Below, in pieces: positions 1-9,980 of a stretch of 64,000 bases of DNA; positions within the stretch are counted from its first letter, which is position 1; each line of letters begins with the position of its first letter. Source of the DNA: Phallusia mammillata (Eukaryota); NCBI GenBank assembly GCA_965637545.1, contig OZ281497.1, positions 19,902,001 to 19,966,000 on the forward strand, in the 5' to 3' direction. Made by a program: the position numbers and the translations under genes. The notes beneath the pieces were generated by a model that searched no databases, was not told the origin of the DNA, and saw only the letters and a program-made list of their open reading frames with translations.

Positions 1-1304
1 GGATATTTTGTCTCTAACAGAGGAAATTATTTCTAACACGTTTCATGTAAATGTTATTTCTCACTTCCTGGTGAGCACAGTCTATCACAAATAAATAAAC
101 ATGGAGTTTTGTGCTGACTGTGATAATTTGCAGTTAATTAAAGAGTTTCTCCCCAACATGAAACAAAACAACCATGGTCACATTTTTGCGATGTCATCTC
201 AGGCTGGCCTTATGGGAACACCATTTATGACCGACTACAGGTAAAGTATTGAATAAAATGTCAAATCTTGTGACACTGTGCATTGGATGTGTAAAGCATG
301 GCGACTTTGTCTGAATTGATCCTTCTAATGCAGCGGTACTCAACCTGTGGGTCGCGACCCCAACTGGGGTCGCCTGATAATTTGCCTGGGGTCACTTAAG
401 GCATGGTTCCCAACTTGTTTTAGGACATGGACCACCAGCCCAAATAAAATAAACCCATGGACCACTTTATTGTAGAGAAAGATTACAGTCAAATTAATTT
501 AGAGACCACTAATTTTATCCTTGCGGGGTCACCGCAACTTCGCAAATGTTATCAAGGGGTCCCGGCACCAGAAAGGTTGGGAACCGCTGTTCTAATGCGA
601 AACAACTGCGGTGCAGTCAATCACATATGGTGGTCCAAACAGGAAACCATAAAATAACATAGCAAAAATGACCATAGTGGTTTGTTCTAATGCAAAACAT
701 TTTCGCATTAAACACTATTTGTTTTATGCTCGGGAGAATTATTTTAAATAACTGTAAGGTCACTGTTTCAAAACTGTCCAACAATGTAAACTTTGCTAAA
801 AAACGTTCTGCATTTTGTCTCATTCCTGTCTGATTTTGCCTGATCCCTGATTAGACCCACAAAATTACTTCTTAATCCACAGCGCTTCTAAGCATGGTAT
901 AGTCGGGTTAATGGAGGGTCTTCGTCATGAACTGAGAAGACAAAATATGGACGGAATCAAAATAACCTGCGTCTGTTCGTCGTTCGTCAGCACCTCAAAT
1001 AAGCAGTATAACTGTGCTCACACCAGAATACACCGTAAAGAAATCAGTTGATGCAATTCTGCATGACGAATGTTTTTCCACTCTGCCTTCTGCTACTTTA
1101 TGGTTTAGAATCTTCAGGTGAGAAAAAACGAGTAAAAATAGCCCCTGTTCATTTGCACTTAACATGAGACAGATGATTTAGTATTTGTAAACATGATTTT
1201 ATTGTCCATTTTGCAGAGATATTGTCCCATACGCAGTGTCGGATGCACTAAACGATTACGTTCTAGCAGAAGTAGATTTGATCGAAACTACGACTAAAAA
1301 TTGA
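1..1304 (+). pseudogene. SDR16C-type short-chain dehydrogenase/reductase (retinol dehydrogenase/17-beta-HSD11-like), copy 1; 5' end outside window; frameshifted
   Basis: Exons about 1-70, 134-240, 883-1117 and 1217-1304 encode DILSLTEEIISNTFHVNVISHFL / LIKEFLPNMKQNNHGHIFAMSSQAGLMGTPFMTDY-SASKHG (catalytic YxxxK). They are colinear with the copy at 17873-19910. A 23-nt gap relative to that copy at 994/995 shifts the frame to a TGA at 1049-1051. Confidence 0.8.
331..589. mobile_element. hAT-type MITE in SDR copy 1 intron
   Basis: TIRs CAGCGGTACTCAACC / GGTTGGGAACCGCTG; perfect 8-bp TSD TTCTAATG at 323-330 and 590-597. Confidence 0.85.
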
Positions 1305-1794
1305 TGTAATTAAACCTCTCCTTTTATTGAGCGATATCTGATCCTCTGACAGGCAGCATACTAATCGGCGATAACTTTTTTTCGAGCATAACTCTAAATC
1401 CGGAAACAGATTCCCAAGGAAACGAATCGGTCGACAATACTCAAGACAATACATATTTCGCCTATTGGCATCGTCAGTTTCTGTAAAGCATGGAGTAAAA
1501 ACAATAATAAAATGAAGATAAAACAACTACACACTAACGTTGTAGCAACTACAGATTCATACAGAATATATAAGCAACTAACTAACAAACTTCGTTGTCG
1601 TTTATCGCAGGCAGGATTTAGGTTTACAGCAGAAAATAATTAAGCACAAGTTTCTTTTGCCGTGATGAGTATGATGTCACCAATGGTACCATACATGTTT
1701 TTTGGCACAAGTTCGCTACTAAATAGAGTGATTGCTAAAAAAAAGTTTAAAAGTAAAAATGTATTTATTCTTGGCAAGCTCCAACAACTGGTAC

Positions 1795-1958
1795 GGGAAC
1801 TTGGCCGAATGGCCTGGCGCGCCTGACCCGTAAGAAAACCTGATCTGGATTCGTCCCCGGGAGAATCCGGGGTTCGAACCCCGTGAACGACAAAGGGCAA
1901 TTTTCAGTTCTCGCCGCCTGATTGTCGAAAAATACAACAAAAAAAACAAAAAAAACAG
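1795..1958 (+). mobile_element. tRNA-derived SINE-like element (Pol III A/B boxes plus A-rich tail)
   Basis: A-box-like TGGCCGAATGG (1802-1812) and B-box GGTTCGAACCCC (1871-1882) in a CGGGG/CCCCG hairpin. A-rich tail AAAAATACAACAAAAAAAACAAAAAAAAC at about 1928-1957. The acceptor stem does not pair, so it is not a tRNA gene. No clean TSD found. Confidence 0.5.
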
Positions 1959-2881
1959 GTACAATAATTCTTGTTAAAATGCGCTACCTTGCAAATTTAG
2001 CTTTTGCAATAACTCTGCGTTTTGCAACTTGTTGTTGTGTGGAACTGTAGATGGCTCTTACAGTGCGTTTCTCACAATTTGATTCCGTAGTTTTGCAGAC
2101 TGTGTCAAGTTAACGCAAAAAACTTTGACAGGAATAACAACCGCTCTTAGCTCATTTTACATCAGTTTGATAGCTTTGTCAATGTTTAGAAGAAGATATT
2201 ATCATAATTGAAATGATTGTGTATCTACTATCCTGTACGTTGGTTGCCATCACGTGGGTTAGACGCTGCAGTACCGCAATTTATAAACAAATCTTTTTTG
2301 TGTGTGACGACAATGGGCTTGGGAAGAGACGTAAAAGAAGAAGGAAGATAAATGATTGAGAATTTGCGTAATGCAAATAAAACGTATTACTCCATGTTTT
2401 TACTTTATTTTCGTTACAAACATATTTTTAAATCTAACGCAGTCATTGGGGATTTCGAAAGTTTGTACAGCCATAAAGTGTTCCAAACCATAGAGTGTTA
2501 ATTACAAAGGTACGTTAGAATTGTTTTCAAAAAGCATTTTCCAAAGCTTGAAAGCATGATCTTGACCCAAAGCGCATGGCAAAACATTTTTCGAGTAAGC
2601 AATGTTGTTTGTCGAGAAACTATGGCGCTCAATGAACCTAAATTTCAACAACAAACACCAATCATTTGAATTCATTGAATTGCTGCGATTTGTTAGGCAT
2701 TCCTTCCCTGCCAGTAAATAGGCAAAGATCGGAAATGGCTCTTGTATATTGCGTTTCTCGTTTAAGGCCTGAGTAATAAAATTGTTTGCACTTGATCGTG
2801 GTGATTCCAATACGCACCTCAGCGTTTTTCGAAGTTTCAACAAAGTTAAGGGCAACGTTTAACCCGTGTGCAGAACTTCAG

Positions 2882-2962
2882 GGTTTATTGTAACCTGTTA
2901 TTACATAAAGAAAAAGGCATTATTGTAGGTTTATTGTAACCTGTCATTACATAAAGAAAAAG
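2882..2962. repeat. Short direct duplication (about 35 bp x2)
   Basis: GGTTTATTGTAACCTGT(T/C)ATTACATAAAGAAAAAG occurs at about 2882 and about 2928. Confidence 0.7.
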
Positions 2963-3076
2963 TTTTTCAAAGATTAGGTTGCCAGAATTGAAATATTCAG
3001 TAAAGTAACCTATTTCGTCTAAAAGTGCAGGACTTTATTCTGGGACTGTCGGATATAATTCCGTAGTTCCACAACA

Positions 3077-6000
3077 ATGTCAGCTGATATGGCTTACACT
3101 AAATACACAACAATGGCCACCGAAAACGAGAGCTACAACCTTGGTCAATCATCACCTCCGGATCAACGTATAAGTATTTTAATGAGTTTGGTTTTCAAGA
3201 AATAGTGCAACATAATTTTCTAGAATGCGAAGCAATGAACGACAACCCCAAACAACAAGTGAAATTGGAGGGCAACTTTGCCAAAAATGTGATCATTTCG
3301 AAAAAACTTTTTCTTGGAATTATTTGTGCCCTATTTTTGACAACGATTGTAGGATTTATAGGTCTTTATGGTATGGTAAGTCAACCACCTGTAGCAACAA
3401 AAACACACAACTTAACGCAACTTAGATCCACAGGTTTCGAAACTCCAAAGCCAGTTAGGGGATGTTGGAACGTTTACTAAACTGGAAAGACACAATGGTA
3501 AGTACACATTACTAAAACACAGGTTCCCAACGTGAGATAGACATAGTAACAACAAGGGTATCAAGCGTATGGCTGTTGTATAACCTTAAAGATAACGTAG
3601 GCCAAAAATCTTAACTTGAAGACATTCATACCACACAACGCACAAGGTATTTACAAATGTGTTTAATTATTTGATTGCTGTGTAACATTAGCTTATTTTG
3701 AAGTGACCTTGCGCGACAAAACGTGACTAAATGTTTTTGTTTATTATATATAGCAAGGACTTGGATATAAGTAGTAGAGGTATATATTTACTTGTGTGAA
3801 GCCCTGGCCTCCCACAACGATTTCAGCAAACAATAACACATTCTTTTACTTTAGCTACCTGCCTTAATGGTGGAATATTCATCATCGAATCCCGCCATTA
3901 CAAGTGTTTGTGTGCTTCAGGGTTCGGTGGAATTCGCTGCGAAAAAGGTAGGCGTCAGAATATAATGTATGTTGCATTAGTTGGAGCCACTTGTCGAAAG
4001 ACAGAGCCTATAATTATGGATCCCCTTTTCCTGACGCATCTTGATTTCACCCAGGTTTTTTTTCTTCTTTTTTCCGCCGAAGTTTGTCCATGCACTTTTG
4101 GCATCAAATCTTTGATGGATCGGGATGAAACTTTCACAGATGGTAGATATGGTAATGTAAATGTGTACGTTTTTTTATGTTGTTGCGCACCACAAACGGA
4201 AGATTTCTGTGGTGTAATGGTATAATAAAGGCAAGAGAACGTGCGGCACTTGTGTTTGTGCCTTACTTGGTGGACGCTTGAACCCGTTGAGGTACTTGTT
4301 TTGTGTTGTTTTATTTCGTTTATTGTCGTACGCGCCAATAAACAAAGAGGCGCACATGCCAACAGAGAGGTGTTAACAGCCTTACGACGTCGCAAACGTT
4401 AACGAATGTTGCTAACAGCAACCTCTAATGGTCAGAATTTTAAACATTGTCCGATTGGGATAAAAATTTACATGACTGTTGGTTGGGTCATTGTGATTTT
4501 AAACGTTTGGGTGTTACCTCGCCCAAAAGTATAAAATATTTACCCCAACAACAATTGACATCAGTTGCTCCACTAACATCCTAAAAATTTCAAAGGTGTC
4601 GGAATTAAATGCAATTTGGACAACTTGTATAATTTGTCATTTGTAGGAGTCAATTGTTGTGTTTAACCCTGTAACCACAATATTTACCCCTCTAGGCCCC
4701 TAAGAATGGTAAATCTTTTAAACGTTGTCCGAATTGGATGGAATTTGTATAGCTCGTAGAATGTGCTATTTATAGGTGTCAATTGTTGTGTTCAACCATG
4801 TTGCCCCAACATTTACCCCTCTAGCCCCCCAAAATGGGTCAATTTTTTGTACAATGTCAGAATTGAATGAAATTTAGATAGCTTGTACTGTGTGCCATTT
4901 ATAGGTGTCCATTTACTCCACTAGCCCCCTACAATTGTGTGCAATTCGCCAGTAATAGAAGCTGATTGTTGTGTTTTGTTCTATTTTCTTACAATTTAAC
5001 ACTTTTTTCTCAGATAGACCATAAAATAGAAAAACCTTCAAAAATGTATGAATGGAATGAATTTAAATAGTTTGTACTCCATATAGCATATTTATTTATT
5101 TTTCAGTACCAATCACTGTGTTTGACTTAACAATACGAAACTTTCTGATCGTTATCTCTTGAAATGCTTTATTTACAACTTTGCATGTGTGGGGTCCCAT
5201 GCGTTTCTGCTTGCAGAAACAATCAAGGTTATAAAAGACAGTGGATGATATGGGACCCAATATAAAATAAGTGTAGGAAATATATTAATGTTTTAAAATA
5301 CGCTAAAGTGTATAATGGAAAGGCAATATGTGCTAAGCCACCCTTTCAGTATTATCATATCGGTTACGTTGTTTTATTTGACCTAAACAAAATGGTAAAA
5401 AACTATTCTCAGACATTGTTGAATGTTCAACTGGAACACATGACTGCCATCAACACGCAACTTGTATCAACACAGTGGGTAGTTTCCAATGTTCATGCAA
5501 CGTAAACTACACAGGAGATGGAAGACAATGCCGTAAGTTTAATTACGAAGCAAAATACCATAATTTATTGGACATTCCTTAAAATCACAAATTTAGGGCC
5601 CAACTTTTGCTCGACTAATGTCGGCCTTTGCAAGAATAACGGAACTTGCATGGACACCAGTACCGCCTACAATTGCTCTTGCAACATTTGGTATTCAGGA
5701 AACAATTGTGAGCAAGGTATAGTGGTATGTGTTGCACAAAAAATAAGATTAAACGTTAAGTATAATGACTTCTGTGTTTTCGAGAATCTAAAAATCCAGA
5801 TGATTTTTTTGGTAATTATATAGTCCATCTGTTTCTAAAGCGAAGCGTACAAATAACATTTGTCAGTTAATACCTGGTTCGTACAACGAACATGCTCTTG
5901 AGGTATTAAAGTTGTTGCTGGCTAAGATCAAACTGCCAACTTATAACCAGAGCATGCGTAACCTATAGATGTCGGTGTGGTTAAAATAATACTGTGCAGG

Positions 6001-6663
6001 CACCAATCTTGCCTAAAACATCGGATTAATAAAGGTAGTCGCCCCTTGTTTGCGGCCTGGTATCTTTATTTGGTTTTGGTAATGATTTGCCACGTTTACA
6101 GAACAAGACCACGTGATTATGACACGAAAGAGAAAATGGGCAAATGCAAGAAAGTATTGCCAGTCAATTGGTGGAGATTTGGCGACCTGGGGAATGAGAA
6201 ACGCAACTGTTCGCAAGTTTGTGACGTAGATTTATCTTCAAACATATAAAAATACTGTTGTAGATTAAGGCGGAGCTACCGACTGTCTTACCCAGCCATA
6301 GCTTTTTTCTACTTCGTTTAAAATGATAAACTAGGCAAACCGGTTGAAATTGCAGTCTCGACCTACAGTCGATCGTTTATTAATGTCTGCCCTTATAAAT
6401 CTAGCTGGATTGTCGCAAACATGTTCCAAACAGGAGGCCCGCTATACTACTTCATTGGTTTGAATGACCTTGAACAAGAAGGAGTTTGGAATTATGTTGA
6501 TGGTGTTCCAGTTACAAAAAACAATACCAATTTTTTTCCTGGTGAGCCAAACGGTGGCCGTGGCGCTCATTGTGCCGGATTAAGCTATTACTATGGATAT
6601 GTCATGGATGACCTCAACTGTTATTTACGTCAATCTGCAATATGTGAGAGACTGTTACATTAG
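3077..6663 (+). CDS. Type II transmembrane EGF-repeat + C-type lectin domain protein, copy A (3 EGF-like modules)
   Basis: Hand-spliced exons 3077-3167, about 3223-3375 (TM: LFLGIICALFLTTIVGFIGLYGM), 3434-3497, 3855-3947 (EGF), 5413-5532 (cbEGF), 5597-5716 (EGF), 6102-6216 and 6405-6663 (CTLD: WANARKYC..GGDLA, FIGLND, EGVW, EPN, MDD, AIC). Splice phases are compatible and the frame is open. Confidence 0.85.
4020..5080. repeat. Intronic insertion containing degenerate 130-150 bp tandem units (possibly a Helitron/Helentron-associated non-autonomous element)
   Basis: This intron is about 1.46 kb in copy A but 100 nt in copy B. The motif AA(C/T)(G/A)TTGTCCGA(A)TTGGAT..AAATTT recurs near 4442, 4592, 4721, 4851 and 5041, with repeated ATTTACCCCTCTAG. 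The family assignment is inference only. Confidence 0.45.
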
Positions 6664-7540
6664 GGCCGCAAACAAGTCTCGACACCACGACAATACAACT
6701 TGAAAAAACAAATGATTTTTATGCCTCTAGTGTTTGTGTGTACTTTATATGTGCGTCAACACTGACAATAATCGTGATTTTACTATTGAATCTGATTGCT
6801 TGTTGCGTAATTATCTCAATAAATTGTCTTAGCTCTTTTATTCTAAAATATTTTGCTAATGTGGTGGGACATGAACTATCAGATGCACGACCATGCTTGC
6901 ATCTGTGAAAGAATCTTAAATTAGCATTATAAAAGCAACTAGCTCCCACCGTAGTCATTAAAATTCCTCCCCTGTACATAACTGTGCAATTGCTATAACA
7001 GTGCATGCTTTAATTTGAAGTAGGAAGAAAATAACTTCTTAGTTGTAAACGTACTGCCTTTGCTATCATGTCAAGTATATCGTCATTTCTACTTGCAGCT
7101 ATTAAGATTAAAACGCACGGTGTACGTTATGTTGTCATGTTTCCTGCATTTTTAGACCAGTAAAAGTATAGGTTGATGACACGGCGTGAAAATCGACATT
7201 TGTAGATGAAGAAGAGATTTTGTAATTTCAGTTGGTTTTATTACAATCGCAAGTTAAACAGTTAAACATACACTAAGTTGGCGAGGAAAAATTTAGATTC
7301 TAATCATTGACAAAACAATTTTACTTCTTCAATAGTTAAATTTAAATAAAACCAGGCTATAGAACGATTTATGTGGTAAAGTGGGTTGGAATCAATAATA
7401 TCTCAATCTTCCAAGATGACGTCATACACTTTACCTGGGGTAATTCCATGTGTCAGTTATTCCCAATCTCCCCTATGTTATATTTAAAACAACAATTTAA
7501 TCAATGATACAATCATTATTTTGCAGGAATTGCAGCTTTT

Positions 7541-7812
7541 TAAGTTTATAGAGCTCTTCTGGCAATTGTATTTTTTATTCCGACGTTTCGACGTCCTATA
7601 TACAGGTCGCCTTCATCAGGATAAATAACACTGAATGTACGTAGTATAGTCCACGATAAACGAAGGAAAAAAGTATTAAAGGAAAAAATATGTTTATCGT
7701 GCACTGTACTACGCGCATTTAATGTTGTTTACCCTGATGAAGGCTACCTGTTTATGACGTCTAAACGTCGGAATAAAAAAATGCAATTGTCAGGAAGAGT
7801 TCTTTAAACTTA
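7541..7812. mobile_element. About 270-bp imperfect palindrome carrying a hammerhead-like motif in each arm (Penelope-like terminal repeat remnant?)
   Basis: The left arm (7541 to about 7660) is the reverse complement of the right arm (about 7692-7812). Minus strand 7619-7582 reads CTGATGA-A-GGCGACCTGTATATAGGACGTC-GAAAC-GTC. Plus strand 7734-7769 reads CTGATGA-A-GGCTACC...GACGTC-TAAAC-GTC. Confidence 0.65.
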
Positions 7813-8269
7813 TTATTAGCCTGCTTATATATAGCGGCTTTGTTCAGACGGTGTCGTGAGATGGTCTACCTATTTTTAGGAGCTCATTTAAGAATTAGTA
7901 CGTTTTTTTCAGAATCTGCTTGTCATAAAATTAATTTAAAATCTGTACAGCTTGTGTTTTTTGTAATCTTTTTTTCGGCAGGCAGGGGTATAGGGCGTCA
8001 TTTTTAGAAAAGTTTATGTGGGTTGGGCGAATTTCGGGAGACTCTAATCCGTTTTTCTGACAGTTTTTGTAATGATATTCAGCCTACATTTAAAATGAAT
8101 GGCGAGCACTTGTAATATACTTTGTTCGCAATTAGTGGGAAAGCCTTTGCAGCTTGAAGATACCAATACACCAAATTATTTTGGAAAATAAATTCAAAAT
8201 ATTAATTTTATCGTGATGCGCCAACCGATATGGAAAATGCCTATTTCGTCCATCTGAACTAAGTACAGA

Positions 8270-9200
8270 AAGTAAGTAGACAGACGCAGGAATGATTGCA
8301 AGTCAATTATGGGAGATTGTCGGAAAGTGATGAATTAGAAGACCCAGCTGATCGTAAGTAATCGGTCCTTGAGTACGCAGTTCAAATTTCCAGGAAAGAT
8401 CAAAAACATTTCGAGCTCCTGCAATGACGTTGAATCCCCGAAGCGCTCAAATGCAACTACATATCGTGTTGTTTACGGGTATATTGTACACTAGATTGTC
8501 ACCAATTAGTTCCAAACTGGCCCTCCGGTTCGAATGGCGTAAACAGGAAACACTGTAATAGTGTTTATATAACCACCATCTAAATTGAGCTTTATCCTGG
8601 TGACTAATTAAGCCAACAGCTTTCGCAATGGATACTTACAAACACAAAGTGGGCCATTTTTGTCACCCGTGAATAGGTGATTTGCCACACTTCGCACAGC
8701 TGGGCCACATAACTGCGATTACAAGTCAAGTTTAGACAAATACTTAAAAATATTGCCAGTCAAATTAAAATTTGGCGAACTGGGGAATGAGAAACGCAAT
8801 CGTTCGCAAGTATAATACGATTTTATAACGAAAGACTTTGAAGCTTTAAAGCAACACATAAAACGATATATCGTTGGACTGGGTCCACGCGAGTGGAAAC
8901 AAGTGGACCAGCTTGAAACACAATGTAAACTCGTTTCGTATTTTTAATTGCTTTTTTGAAATTTAACGTTGGAATATTGCGAATCTGTTACAAGCACGAC
9001 TCACGGAAATTTACTAAGTTGGTTTGGATGACCCTGGTCAGAAAAGAATTCAGAAAAAACAATCATTGTGTTCCAGCGACAACTTTAATGTTATAGTGAA
9101 CCAAACGGAAATGCCGATTGTGGTGCACCTTGGTTGGCAATATATGACCATCCCATTTCAGATAAACATTTTTGAAATTTGTAAGCGATTGTTGACCTGT
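8270..9200 (+). pseudogene. Decayed C-type lectin domain fragments (two first-CTLD-exon relics, one terminal-exon relic)
   Basis: 8285-8357 (ATTGCAAGTCAATTATGGGAGATT...CTGATCGTAA|GT) and 8748-8810 (TATTGCCAGTCA...TGGGGAATGAGAAACGCAATCGTTCGCAA|GT) match the exon at 6102-6216. About 9018-9200 (GTTGGTTTGGATGACC..., EPNGNADC, ICKRLL) matches 6405-6663. All carry stops or frameshifts. Confidence 0.65.
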
Positions 9201-9980
9201 AAGCAGTTTAAAGAGACTTTTGGCCTGGAATGACCTGGGAATTACGTTCTCAGGTCTAATATACATTCGCATTTAGCTGCTAGACCTCATTTCGACTTAG
9301 TGGACACTAACGGTCGGTGGTGAGAAGTTATAATGCGACAGACAATAACAAACAGGTTGTGCGCCACTATATCATATAGGTTGTGTCAGACAACAACCTC
9401 ATCACTGTAGTCAAAGTGTTAATACGGATTTAATATTACCCAGAAATTAAGCGATAATACAAAAGAGGGTGTCCACGGAATGTGAATCACACATATTCGT
9501 AGTCCAATAAGTTATTTGCTAAAGCGTTAAAAAGATTATCTTGATGTCAAAAACATATTCAGAGTAGGCTAAACAATGCTGTTTGTAGAGCAAATATTGC
9601 GCTTAATTTACCTTAATTTCAACACAAAACAATAATCCTTTTGTGCTGATTGAATTACTGCAATCTGTTAGTCATTGATGCCCTTCCGTGCCAAATAAGC
9701 AAAGATCGCAAACAGCTTTGAAAAGCTTTGGGTATTGAAAATCGTGCCAGTGTGTCCTTGCTTTCTCGTTGTGGCTTGCGTAACAAATAGTGTTTGCACT
9801 TAATCGTGGAGATACCAATACGCACTTCAGCTGTTATATGGGTTTGAACAAAGTTAAGCGCGACGTTTAAAAACATAAAAAGGCAGTTTTCGAAAGTTGC
9901 TTAATTTCGAGTACTTGGTCAAAAATTCTTGGACTGTAAGATATAATTCCGTATTTCCAGAAAAAACAAAGTCAACAAAA

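Noticed and set aside
1795-1890. tRNA gene
   Set aside because: A and B boxes are present, but the acceptor stem does not pair and no clean anticodon arm forms; treated as SINE-like.
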